64,000 nt of DNA from Nitrospirota bacterium (GCA_963699545.1 CAVOUE010000006.1:288001-352000); one strand, 5' to 3'; counted from the first letter of the stretch, positions 1 to 8,894 are shown. Translations and numbers: made by a program. The notes: generated by a model not told the origin, from the letters alone.

Positions 1-36
1 AAGAAGCCTTAAGGGACCATGTTTTTTTTAAAGGAG

Positions 37-71
37 AGCAAAAGGGAGCGGCACCTTCGCTCCCTTTTGCT
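37..71. other. Perfect 14-bp stem-loop just upstream of ccoG
   Basis: AGCAAAAGGGAGCG-gcacctt-CGCTCCCTTTTGCT. Confidence 0.6.
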
Positions 72-1237
72 TGCCCCTTGTGTGGAAGAAATATAGAAGC
101 ATTGCCGCGATCATGCAGGCGCTCCTTATCCTTGGGCTGCCGTTTCTGAAGATAAACGGCCAGAGCGCCCTGAGATTTGACGTTCCGACGCTCAGACTCT
201 TTTTTTTCGGAAAGGTCATATGGATGCAGGAATTCTTTGTTGTGCTCCTCGCCCTCCTTACCCTCATGCTCCTGTTCATCTTCATCACCAACCTCCTGGG
301 AAGGGTCTGGTGCGGCTGGCTCTGCCCCCAGACAACCCTCCTCGATATAAGTCAGAGGTCCGGCCTGGTGAGGAGCAGGCTCAGCCTGATACTACCTCAT
401 ATCATTTTAGTCCCATTGTCCATGGTCGTCTCCGCATCACTGATCTGGTACTTCGTCTCTCCTTACGACTTTTTCCGGGTCATCTTCGGAGAAACGAAAA
501 GCCGAGTGGTCATCTGGTTCTTTATCATCATGTTTGCCATCGTCTATCTCGACCTGGAATTCCTCGGAAGGAAGTTCTGCAAGACCATCTGTCCCTATGC
601 AAAGCTCCAGTCAACCCTCTTCGACGGGAACACCCTTGTGGTGGAATTCGACACGGACCGCGCGGACAGATGCATGGGATGCGACAAATGCGTGGCGGTA
701 TGCCCGATCGGTATCGATATCAAAGACGGGCTTCAGATGGAATGTATCGCCTGCGCCCAATGCATTGATGCCTGCAGATCCATGACTGAACCAAGGGACA
801 TGAAGTCCCTCATCAGGTACACTTTCGGAGAGGGGAAAGTGATCCGGCCGAAAGCGGTCATCCTCTTTGCGCTCTCTCTTATTTCCTTTTTGTTCCTGCT
901 TTACAGGATCTCCTCTTTGCCTCCCTTTGAATTCGATGTGCTGCGGTCCGGAGAACTGTACCGCGTTACGGAAAAAGGTGAAATAATGAACATCTACGTG
1001 CTCAGCATAAAGAACATGAGTAACAGGGACATCGCCCTTGGCATAACCGTTGACAGACCTGATACAATTAAGGTAATCGGCCCGGCATCTGTATCGGCAA
1101 AGGCAGGTCAGATATACCATCAGAACATTGTTCTCCTCTCAGCAGGCCGGACGGCCAAGAGAGAGCCGGTTGTTTTTGCACTCAGGGATCCCGGGGGATA
1201 CGACCTAAAAAGACCAGGAACATTCTTCTCGCCATAA
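71..1237 (+). CDS. ccoG: CcoG/FixG family 4Fe-4S membrane protein (cbb3 oxidase accessory)
   Basis: GRVWCGWLCPQT, FCKTICPYAKLQ, two CxxCxxCxxxC ferredoxin motifs, TM helices, C-terminal Ig-like region; cco context. Confidence 0.88.
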   Translation: MPLVWKKYRSIAAIMQALLILGLPFLKINGQSALRFDVPTLRLFFFGKVIWMQEFFVVLLALLTLMLLFIFITNLLGRVWCGWLCPQTTLLDISQRSGLVRSRLSLILPHIILVPLSMVVSASLIWYFVSPYDFFRVIFGETKSRVVIWFFIIMFAIVYLDLEFLGRKFCKTICPYAKLQSTLFDGNTLVVEFDTDRADRCMGCDKCVAVCPIGIDIKDGLQMECIACAQCIDACRSMTEPRDMKSLIRYTFGEGKVIRPKAVILFALSLISFLFLLYRISSLPPFEFDVLRSGELYRVTEKGEIMNIYVLSIKNMSNRDIALGITVDRPDTIKVIGPASVSAKAGQIYHQNIVLLSAGRTAKREPVVFALRDPGGYDLKRPGTFFSP

Positions 1238-1249
1238 AGGAGGTGGGCA

Positions 1250-1390
1250 TTGAGCGGATGGGTTTATTTCGGTTTCACCGTAGCTCTTTTTGCGGTGCTC
1301 GTCGGGATCATCATCCATTACTACAACCCGAAAGAGAAAGAAAAGGTCGAAAAGCCGAAGTACAGGATATTTGACGAGGATGACAGATGA
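1250..1390 (+). CDS. Small CcoQ-like membrane protein (46 aa)
   Basis: Not in the ORF track. AAGGAGG RBS then TTG; translates MSGWVYFGFTVALFAVLVGIIIHYYNPKEKEKVEKPKYRIFDEDDR (one TM plus KYRIFDED tail). Confidence 0.75.
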   Translation: MSGWVYFGFTVALFAVLVGIIIHYYNPKEKEKVEKPKYRIFDEDDR

Positions 1391-1844
1391 GAAGAAACTT
1401 GCTCATGGTTCTGGTGTCTTTCATGGGGATGCTGCTGCTCGGCAATTCTACGGACGCTGAGGATCCCCTGACTGCGATCCGCTCAGAGGCAGTTGCATAA
1501 AAAAGATCGGGGACAAAGAGATCATCTTCGGCATTTCCCCTGCACCGGTGAAGGCCATGGAAGAGCTCGTTTTCCGTCTCGTTATCAGGCGAAGTCCCCC
1601 CTCGCCCCCTTTAATAAAGGGGGGGGAGGAGGGGATGAAAGAGCTGCCGGAAGAAATTGCCGTCGATCTCAGCATGCCCGGCATGTATATGGGGGAAAAT
1701 CGGGTTATGCTCAAAAGAAGTCCTGACGGGACTTACTCAGGGAAAGGAGTGATCCCAAAATGCCGGAGCGGCAGAAGGCTCTGGAAGGCGACAGTGACTG
1801 TCCCTGGCGCCGGAGCAGCCGGCTTTCTCTTCAATGTTTACTGA
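1387..1844 (+). CDS. FixH/YtkA-like exported protein (CcoH-like); apparent frameshift near 1460-1468
   Basis: Signal peptide from ATG 1387 joins the frame DCDPLRGSC...PVKAMEEL...DLSMPGMYMG...PKCRSGRRLWKATV; carries an in-frame palindromic insert. Confidence 0.65.
1595..1634 (+). repeat. In-frame palindromic element (PPSPPLIKGGEEG)
   Basis: CCCCCTTTAATAAAGGGGG hairpin; related copy in tatD. Confidence 0.75.
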
Positions 1845-2523
1845 TTCGATCTTTGTCATTATGTTCACGTCCGGCCTTCTGGGAGGCTTCGGACACTGTA
1901 TCGGCATGTGTGGTCCTGTCGTGACAGCGTATTCTGTGCAGCTGGAGAAGAGGAGCGTCCTCCCCCAGGTTCTGTATTCTCTCGGCAGAATAACAACCTA
2001 CAGTATCCTCGGGGGCATCGTGGGACTGGCCGGTTCCTTTGTCTCTGTCGTCAGGCACATTGAGAGATTCCAGGTCATCACCCTTGCTGTCACAGGGCTC
2101 GCGATGATCGCTTTCGGCCTTGCTGCAGGGGGCTGGCTGCCATTCCTCAGGAGGAAACTCGAAGGTGCGGAGCGGGTCTCCTTCTGGGTTGGGAAGACGC
2201 TCCGGTACATCTCGGAAGGAAAGACGGCCGGGGTTTTTTATCCCATGGGGCTTATCATGGGCTTTATCCCCTGCGGTTTGCTCTACACGGCGCTCATCGC
2301 AGCCGCAGGAGCGGGGGTCAGCGCGACCGAACATGTGGAAGGCTTCCTTCGGGGAGCGCTCCTCCTGTTCCTCTTCGGCCTCGGGACAGCGCCGGCATTG
2401 GTGCTTCTTGGGCAGATCGTCGCGATGAAAGGAGAGCGGATAAGAAACAGACTGCATAAGGCCTCGGCGCTCCTCATGATCCTTATAGGGGTCATGTTCA
2501 TTTACAGGTCATTCAGCCAGTGA
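1834..2523 (+). CDS. DsbD_2 / TauE-SafE-like membrane protein (cbb3 biogenesis)
   Basis: GHCIGMCGP, LGRITTYSILG, GFIPCGLLY, FGLGTAPAL motifs. Confidence 0.88.
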   Translation: MFTDSIFVIMFTSGLLGGFGHCIGMCGPVVTAYSVQLEKRSVLPQVLYSLGRITTYSILGGIVGLAGSFVSVVRHIERFQVITLAVTGLAMIAFGLAAGGWLPFLRRKLEGAERVSFWVGKTLRYISEGKTAGVFYPMGLIMGFIPCGLLYTALIAAAGAGVSATEHVEGFLRGALLLFLFGLGTAPALVLLGQIVAMKGERIRNRLHKASALLMILIGVMFIYRSFSQ

Positions 2524-4995
2524 GTGATCGGGTCATTCGCTCATGATGTGCAGGAAATGTGGTGTGATGCGATGAACATGCTGAAGTGTGACCATTGCCT
2601 TCTGCCGTTCCGCGAAAGGGATGCGCTCCGGGCTACAGTGGAAAGTGCGGAGAAGGTGTTTTGTTGCAACGGATGCAGGGGGATATACCGGCTCATCCAC
2701 TCCGAGGGACTTGATGAGTTTTATGAGAAGAGGTCGGGGTGGGTACCGGGCCCGCCTGAAGAGGTCGAGCTTGCGACGGATGCGTTCGAGGACTCGGTCA
2801 GAGTGTCAGCCGGCGAAGCAGAGATAGACCTTGCGCTCTCGGGAATCCGGTGCACCTCCTGCATATGGCTTATCGAGCGTTTTCTCGGGAAGATCAAGGG
2901 AATTACTTATATCACCGTGAATTATGCCACGCACATGGCAAAGGTCAGATGGCTTCCTGAAACGATATCCCTCGATTCGGTCCTCAGGAGAATCGCAGCA
3001 CTTGGCTATACGCCGCGCCCCTGGGCGGCATCAGACCTCGAAGAACGACTGAAGGCCGAAAAAAGGGACCTTCTCATTCGACTGGGCACCGCTTCTTTTC
3101 TGACGATGCAGCTCATGCTCTTCACTACCGCACTCTATGCGGGGTATTTCCAGGGCATTGACCCGCTCTACCGGAAGGTCTTTGAGCTCATCGCCCTTGG
3201 GCTCTCCACCCCGGTAATCTTTTACTGCGGTTATCCCTTTCTGAAGAATACCATCAGGGGGCTAAGGAACCGCTCGCTGAACATGGACACTCTTGTTTTT
3301 ACCGGATCGTTCAGCGCGTATTTGTACAGCATCATAGCTATGGTGAAAGGAGGAGGGGTCTATTTTGATACGTCGGCCATGATCGTGACCCTGATACTCC
3401 TCGGAAGGTTCATCGAATCAGGAGCGAGGGCAAAAGCAACAGGGGCTGTCTCCTCCCTTATCGGTCGACAACCGAAAGAAGCAAGACTTATAAAGAAGTC
3501 CCCGGGTGAAACGAAAGGGCTGCCTGTGAACATCTCCCTATCTGCACTCGGGATAGGCGATCATATCGAGGTCATCCCCGGAGAAAAAATTCCCGTCGAT
3601 TGTGTGGTAGTTCAAGGTTCTTCAGAGATCGATGCATCAATGCTCACAGGAGAATCCATGCCTGTCAGAAAGATGGAGGGTGCGGAGGTCTTTGGAGGGA
3701 CCCTTAACCTCAATGGGAGGCTTATCCTTGAGGTCAGAAGGACAGGGAACGATACGGTGCTGGCCCAGATAACAAGGGCCGTGGAAGATGCCCAGGCAAG
3801 GAAGGCCCCTATCCAAAAGGTCGTTGACAGGGTCGTCGGCTGGTTCGTGCCTGCTATCATCGCTCTATCAATGGCCACCTTCGTCCTCTGGTTTGTCAGA
3901 GGGAGTACTATGACATCCTCTTTAATGAACGCGATCTCGGTCCTCGTCATCGCATGTCCGTGTGCTCTGGGGCTGGCCACACCGTTGGCGATCCTCATAG
4001 GTTCAACGCTCCTTTCTTCCAGGGGTATCCTCGTCAAGGGAGGAGATATTATCGAGACCCTTGCCCGGTCGGATTTTGTATGCTTTGACAAAACAGGGAC
4101 ACTGACCGCGGGAACACCCTCCTTAGTGGAGATAGTGAGCTACGGAACGGACAGAGAGTATTTGCACGTCCTTGCAGCATCCCTCGAGAAAGGCTCGGAA
4201 CACGCCGTTGCAAAGGCTTTATGGACAGGTGTGAGTGAATCTGATCTCTATCCCATTGAGGCTTTCAAAGCATCCCCGGGGATGGGTGTAGAAGGGACCA
4301 TGGAGGCCGGGCATCTCGTTGCCGGGAATATCACTTTCCTGCGGTCATTCCATGTGGTGATCACTGAGGCACAGATGAGGGATCTCCATTGCCTTTCGGC
4401 AAAGGGCAACACCGTAGTGGGCCTCGCTGTTGCCCAGGAACTCAAAGGGTGGTTTGTGATCTCTGATGACCTCAGACCTGATGCGCCTGACGTTGTGAAG
4501 GATTTGGAACAGCAGGGATGCAAAGTGAGCCTTCTCACCGGGGACCATCGGGCTGTTGCCGAAAAGATAGGGGAAAAGGCGGGCATCTCGATGATCGATG
4601 CAGAGGTCTTGCCGGTTCAAAAGGCGGAGAAGATCAGGGAGATGAAGGAAGCCGGCCACAGGGTGACGATGGTGGGCGACGGCATCAACGATGCTCCCGC
4701 GCTCACGGAGGCTGATGCAGGAGTTGCCATTGGCAGTGCAACGGATATAGCAATTGAAAGTGCTGATGTCGTGCTGATGCGGAATGACCTGAATCTAGTT
4801 CCTCATCTCATCAGGGCGTCGAGAAGAATTCTCTCTGTCATAAAGCAGAACCTCTTCTGGGCATTCTCTTATAACCTCATCGCAATTCCCCTGGCAGTCG
4901 CCGGGATGATCCACCCCATTATCTCCGCAGCCTTCATGGCCACAAGTTCTCTCCTTGTGGTGGGGAACTCGCTCAGACTGTACAGGAAAAAGTGA
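2524..4995 (+). CDS. ccoI: Cu-type P1B ATPase, CcoI/FixI family (true start may be ATG 2572)
   Basis: CDHC and FCCNGC N-terminus, HMA CTSC, TGES, CPCALGLATP, DKTGTLT, GDGINDAPAL. Confidence 0.92.
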   Translation: MIGSFAHDVQEMWCDAMNMLKCDHCLLPFRERDALRATVESAEKVFCCNGCRGIYRLIHSEGLDEFYEKRSGWVPGPPEEVELATDAFEDSVRVSAGEAEIDLALSGIRCTSCIWLIERFLGKIKGITYITVNYATHMAKVRWLPETISLDSVLRRIAALGYTPRPWAASDLEERLKAEKRDLLIRLGTASFLTMQLMLFTTALYAGYFQGIDPLYRKVFELIALGLSTPVIFYCGYPFLKNTIRGLRNRSLNMDTLVFTGSFSAYLYSIIAMVKGGGVYFDTSAMIVTLILLGRFIESGARAKATGAVSSLIGRQPKEARLIKKSPGETKGLPVNISLSALGIGDHIEVIPGEKIPVDCVVVQGSSEIDASMLTGESMPVRKMEGAEVFGGTLNLNGRLILEVRRTGNDTVLAQITRAVEDAQARKAPIQKVVDRVVGWFVPAIIALSMATFVLWFVRGSTMTSSLMNAISVLVIACPCALGLATPLAILIGSTLLSSRGILVKGGDIIETLARSDFVCFDKTGTLTAGTPSLVEIVSYGTDREYLHVLAASLEKGSEHAVAKALWTGVSESDLYPIEAFKASPGMGVEGTMEAGHLVAGNITFLRSFHVVITEAQMRDLHCLSAKGNTVVGLAVAQELKGWFVISDDLRPDAPDVVKDLEQQGCKVSLLTGDHRAVAEKIGEKAGISMIDAEVLPVQKAEKIREMKEAGHRVTMVGDGINDAPALTEADAGVAIGSATDIAIESADVVLMRNDLNLVPHLIRASRRILSVIKQNLFWAFSYNLIAIPLAVAGMIHPIISAAFMATSSLLVVGNSLRLYRKK

Positions 4996-5035
4996 CCAGG
5001 GGCGCTTTGAGAAGTGGGGTGTCGCGTACACCGAC
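4463..5035 (+). repeat. 573-bp direct repeat, copy 1 (ccoI 3' end plus 40 bp)
   Basis: Ungapped match to 6949-7521, about 34 mismatches by manual count. Confidence 0.95.
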
Positions 5036-5087
5036 AGTCGACACTTTCAGAAAACCGAAACTAGTGAGGATTCCCGTAGATAATGTG

Positions 5088-5150
5088 CAGTAACGTGGAG
5101 CTAAGGGGCTGCGCGCTTTTGCGCAGTCCCGCTTGAGCGTAGGGTTAGGG
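5088..5150 (-). mobile_element. Integron attC site (cassette 1)
   Basis: Minus strand CCCTAAC-CCTAC-GCTCAAG-CGGGACTGCGCAAAAGCGCGCAGCCC-CTTAGC-TCCAC-GTTACTG: R''/L''/L'/R' layout with an extrahelical base. Confidence 0.88.
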
Positions 5151-5194
5151 GCGTACAAGCCAACCTGCTTTTGCGCAGACCCGAAGCTAAAAAC

Positions 5195-5788
5195 TCAGCA
5201 AGCACGATGATAACTTCCGGGGTTATTCGGTTTGCTCAATGTTCCGAATAGCGCGGCGTTCTGTTTATGGTAAGCGAATACTGCTCGGTCAATTTCCCTC
5301 AAGCTCCATTTCGGGTAACTGCCTCGTATCGCCAAAATAGCCTCCATGAATGATGGGTATTGATTGATACCAGTGGACTTATGCTGGATGTAGCCAAAAT
5401 GCCTAAGTACGTCTACAGTTCTACGGTCAATAATTGGGAAGAACGACGGATAAAGAAACTGGAGAAATGTTGATGCTACGGGTGCGCCGATACCAGGCAA
5501 CTCGACAAGCAGTTTCATCCTTTCCATACCAGAAGCCGCATGGCACTTTCTTATCGCGTTTGTGTATATCTCGAAATTGATCCAATCAATGCGCCCCTTA
5601 ACTCTGGCCGATTTCCAGTTCAGGATTTCAGTGAATGTCTGTTTTGTCACAGAGCCGTCGGCGCTCATCTCTAAGCTGACTCTGTTTAACAGCCTCTTGT
5701 ACTCTGACTCATCATCTTCAGTTTCATCGTACCGGGGATGCCAAGCCTGAATGAACTGGTCGTCAACTCTATTTGGCATGGCGCACAT
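5195..5788 (-). CDS. Cassette-borne helix-hairpin-helix protein, HhH-GPD glycosylase-like
   Basis: LVELPGIGAPVAS HhH motif followed by FPIIDRR; lower GC than flanks; lies between GTTAGGGGC and the attC. Confidence 0.65.
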   Translation of the reverse strand: MCAMPNRVDDQFIQAWHPRYDETEDDESEYKRLLNRVSLEMSADGSVTKQTFTEILNWKSARVKGRIDWINFEIYTNAIRKCHAASGMERMKLLVELPGIGAPVASTFLQFLYPSFFPIIDRRTVDVLRHFGYIQHKSTGINQYPSFMEAILAIRGSYPKWSLREIDRAVFAYHKQNAALFGTLSKPNNPGSYHRAC

Positions 5789-5826
5789 ATTTGCTTTCCT
5801 TTTTACCTGATAATTCCACGATAAGC

Positions 5827-5860
5827 CCCTAACCAGTTATTAGATAGTTTCTCGATAACA
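5827..5860 (-). mobile_element. attI-like site 1 (cassette 1 crossover GTT at 5833-5831)
   Basis: Minus strand ATCTAATAACTG-GTTAGGGGC, same CTAA-N6-GTT spacing as attI1; core complementary to GCCCCTAAC of attC1; no attC hairpin upstream. Confidence 0.6.
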
Positions 5861-6030
5861 CCGGAATTTTCCAGTCTCCGCAATCTGCCATAGACATCAC
5901 GCTCAGCGTAACTGCTTGATTTATCGTGCTATCATGATTGGATAACATTACTTTTGTGATGTTAGCGAGTTTTCTGTCTAACATATGAATGAGCATGTCA
6001 TGGGGTCAGGTCTTGTGTCTTGCATTTCAA

Positions 6031-6879
6031 CTATCTCCCCCTATTTACCACCCGACTTACAGTAGCATAATGTATCCCAAGATAATCAGCCACCTCTTTT
6101 TGGCTGTACCCGTACCTCTCGACTGACTCTTTGATAGCTTTCTCCGCTGACTCATTATCTGCTGTTTCTTGCTTCAATAATTTGGCAAGGCCAGGTCTTC
6201 CGATATATCTCTGACTCTTCGGTATTTCTTTTATTCGTTCCCGTCCCTTTGCGTATCCTATCAGGTTTTCGATAAATTCATCATCCCCTATAATGCTTTG
6301 TCCCTTCACCTCATTCCATATCTTCTTGGCGTCTATCCCTGCATCAACAAACTCACGGTATCTTTTCTCTGCCGGTCCCCTCTTCGAGCCAAACTGTCCC
6401 AGTATCCAGTCTTTTGTGAGGCAGGGATGAGGTTTTTCCATTCCCGCAGTTGCCCGGTAGCTGCTCCATTGCCACTTTTCAGGTCTTTTCACTGCCTTTG
6501 CCCTGACAGGATTCAATACTACATACCGGCTGACTTCAAGCAAATAGCTGTCTTTTTGTACCAGTATCGCCTTATATCTCCCTTGGAATATATGTCCCAC
6601 TCGATGATGCCTTCGGTTGAATTGTTGTGTATAGACTCCGTTGAGCTGCCTCATCCCTTTCGACAGGTTGCCGTCAGGAGTTTCGATGACGAGATGATAA
6701 TGGTTATTCATGAGGCAGTAGGCATGGCATAGCCAATTATATCGTTTATTTACTTTGTAAAGGGCTTCTATGAATACTTTTCGATCTTCATCGTCTTTGC
6801 AGATAGGTTTTCGGGCATTCCCACGCGAGGTTACATGATACAGCGCACCGTCGTATTCAATCCTTAATGGTCTTGCCAT
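6031..6879 (-). CDS. REP-associated tyrosine transposase (Y1_Tnp, HUH) with C-terminal HTH
   Basis: MARPLR..YHVTSRGN, AYCLMNNHYHL (HUH), GHIFQGRYKA, RYVVLNPVRA, WSSY; C-terminal SQKEVADYLGIHYATVSR. Confidence 0.9.
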   Translation of the reverse strand: MARPLRIEYDGALYHVTSRGNARKPICKDDEDRKVFIEALYKVNKRYNWLCHAYCLMNNHYHLVIETPDGNLSKGMRQLNGVYTQQFNRRHHRVGHIFQGRYKAILVQKDSYLLEVSRYVVLNPVRAKAVKRPEKWQWSSYRATAGMEKPHPCLTKDWILGQFGSKRGPAEKRYREFVDAGIDAKKIWNEVKGQSIIGDDEFIENLIGYAKGRERIKEIPKSQRYIGRPGLAKLLKQETADNESAEKAIKESVERYGYSQKEVADYLGIHYATVSRVVNRGR

Positions 6880-6885
6880 ATCAGC

Positions 6886-6914
6886 ATCCTATCAGAAAAA
6901 GCCGCCAATTGCAA
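6886..6914 (-). promoter_or_regulatory. Putative sigma70 promoter of the RAYT gene; -35 overlaps the inner end of the inverted repeat
   Basis: TTGCAA-N17-TAGGAT on the minus strand. Confidence 0.5.
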
Positions 6915-6948
6915 GAAACAAGACCTGACCCCAATGACCGTCGTTGAA

Positions 6949-7521
6949 CTGATGACCTCAGACCTGATGCGCCTGACGTTGTGAAGGATTTGGAACAGCA
7001 GGGATGCAAAGTGAGCCTTCTCACCGGGGACCATCGGGCTGTTGCCGAAAAGATAGGGAAACGAGCGGGTATTTCGATAATCGATGCAGAGGTCTTGCCG
7101 GTTCAGAAGGCGAAGAAGATCAGGGAACTCAAAGAATCAGGCCACAGGGTGACGATGGTGGGCGACGGCATCAACGATGCTCCCGCGCTCACGGAGGCTG
7201 ATGCAGGAGTTGCCATCGGCAGTGCAACGGATATAGCAATTGAAAGTGCCGATGTCGTGCTGATGCGGAATGACCTGAGTCTAGTTCCTCATCTCATCAG
7301 GACATCAAGAAGAATACTCTCTGTCATAAAGCAGAACCTCTTCTGGGCATTCTCTTATAACCTCATCGCCATTCCCCTGGCAGTCGCCGGGATGATCCAT
7401 CCCATCATCTCGGCGGCCTTCATGGCCACAAGTTCTCTCCTTGTGGTGGGAAACTCGCTCAGGCTCTACAGGAAAAAGTAACCAGGGTCGCCTTGAGAAG
7501 TGGGGTGTCGCTTACACCGAC
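6949..7521 (+). pseudogene. ccoI: Duplicated 3' fragment of ccoI (repeat copy 2; ORF 6981-7481)
   Basis: Begins mid-gene with no N-terminus or phosphorylation motif; about 94% identical to 4463-5035. Confidence 0.92.
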
Positions 7522-7563
7522 GACTCCTCAAGGTCAAGGAAGGTCGAGGACTAAAGATTTACG

Positions 7564-7632
7564 GTAGAACGCTCGGGCTGACAGGTGCGCGGGCGCTTTT
7601 TCCGCGCATCCTCGTCCAGCCCGTTGTTAGGC
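7564..7632 (-). mobile_element. Integron attC site (cassette 2)
   Basis: Minus strand GCCTAAC-AACGGGCTGGAC...GCGCGG-AAAAAGCGC-CCGCGC...GTCAGCCCG-AGC-GTTCTAC; imperfect hairpin with an extra base. Confidence 0.85.
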
Positions 7633-7661
7633 CGTAATGCAGAAATGTTCTCTTGGTAATA

Positions 7662-8288
7662 CTACGCACGCACAAGGACATTAGCCATTGCATAATCGGA
7701 CAACTGAAGTAATGGCTTTCCAAAGTTACCACCAATGATCTCAAACAGGGGATAATTTGGAGCATCGAGTGCCTTTCCAATCCATTTCCCGAATCGCTCA
7801 AGTTCACTCCCGCGTTCTTTCACGAGTGCAGCCCGATATTCCTCCAAACGATTGAGCGGATCAAGGTGATCCCCGAACCCAAATGTTGGCTTCGGATCAA
7901 TTGACACAAGCGTTATTTCACGAAGATTCTTCATTCCGGCATTACGACAAAGTTCCATGAGTGCTGTGGCTAATGCGCCATCAAATAGTCCAATAAGCCT
8001 CTGGCTTGGTCGTTTACCAAACCATTTCTTTTCTGTAAGGTGTTTTGGTGACTGCAAGCTGGCAAAGAATGTGCAAAAACACAAGCACTCGAAACGCAGC
8101 CTGAGGCGCATTTCGTCAGTGATAGGCTTTTCCGATATATTGAGTCTACGAGCTTCATCACCACGACAGAATTGAGTGTATGTCTCCAAGATGGATTCGA
8201 CGATTTTTTGGTCAAGCAGGAAATGGTCAATGCCCACAAGAACATTTACAGCAAGACGATCTAATGTTTCTATCGAGGGCAATGACAT
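7662..8288 (-). CDS. Cassette-borne hypothetical protein (208 aa)
   Basis: Low-GC ORF filling the space between GTTAGGC (8317-8311) and attC2. Confidence 0.7.
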   Translation of the reverse strand: MSLPSIETLDRLAVNVLVGIDHFLLDQKIVESILETYTQFCRGDEARRLNISEKPITDEMRLRLRFECLCFCTFFASLQSPKHLTEKKWFGKRPSQRLIGLFDGALATALMELCRNAGMKNLREITLVSIDPKPTFGFGDHLDPLNRLEEYRAALVKERGSELERFGKWIGKALDAPNYPLFEIIGGNFGKPLLQLSDYAMANVLVRA

Positions 8289-8310
8289 ATATTTATTCCC
8301 TTTGTTGTTG

Positions 8311-8340
8311 GCCTAACATTGTTTTTTATGCCGACTATTC
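8311..8340 (-). mobile_element. attI-like site 2
   Basis: Minus strand GTCGGCATAAAAAACAAT-GTTAGGC resembles attI1 GTCGCCCTAAAACAAA-GTTRRRY; core complementary to GCCTAAC of attC2. Confidence 0.65.
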
Positions 8341-8351
8341 AGTTTTTGTGA

Positions 8352-8380
8352 ATTATAGGATTAGTCCGGGCTACTGTCAA
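8352..8380 (-). promoter_or_regulatory. Consensus sigma70 promoter (Pc-like) facing cassette 2
   Basis: Perfect TTGACA-N17-TATAAT on the minus strand. Confidence 0.85.
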
Positions 8381-8633
8381 TATAATTATTCCCCCCCGCG
8401 TAAGAACTGGACGGATAACAAAGGATAATTACTGCGATTGTAATAGTTATAACGCGTCCACATAATAAAGACCTAATTTTATCTTTACTATTATACGGAG
8501 GTTCTCACAGAGAATAAAAAAATATGTCCAGTGTTGATTTTCGAGAGTACTTGATTATCCCACCTTGCTCTCAGCGGTGTCGGTTCCAGGAAGGACTTCT
8601 TTTCCGATCAAGGAACATTTCCCAGGCAAAAAA

Positions 8634-8894
8634 TTATCGGTAGATATCCTTTCGATGGCGCACTTTGAGGATCGTTATCATTTCCTCTGGAATATCTACT
8701 ACATACATAATTCGATAATCCCCGAAACGGTATCGAAATAAACCGGCCAGATTTTCCTTGAGAGGCTTTCCGAGCTTAAGCGGATCCTGGACCAGATATC
8801 TTGTTATGCGGTGGATGACCTTCAGTGCGAGCTCTTTGTCCAGGTCCCGGAGGTCCTTCCAGACATCCTCGTGCCATCGAACCTTATAGGCCAA
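8634..8894 (-). CDS. RelE/ParE family toxin
   Basis: YKVRW...GKPLKENLAGLFRYRFGDYRIMY...VRHRKDIY. Confidence 0.9.
   Translation of the reverse strand: MAYKVRWHEDVWKDLRDLDKELALKVIHRITRYLVQDPLKLGKPLKENLAGLFRYRFGDYRIMYVVDIPEEMITILKVRHRKDIYR

Larger units (their letters stand above)
6001..6933 (-). mobile_element. RAYT/Y1-transposase element bounded by 24-bp inverted repeats
   Basis: TGGGGTCAGGTCTTGTGTCTTGCA (6001-6024) and TGCAAGAAACAAGACCTGACCCCA (6910-6933), 1 mismatch. Confidence 0.85.

Noticed and set aside
6981-7481. Independent 166-aa ATPase gene
   Set aside because: It is only the duplicated ccoI tail, without DKTGT or an evident RBS.
4463-7521. DGR template/variable repeat pair
   Set aside because: Mismatches are not adenine-specific and are mostly synonymous; no reverse transcriptase in the window.
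5036-8630. Complete integron or prophage/ICE
   Set aside because: No tyrosine or serine recombinase, phage or conjugation genes in the window.
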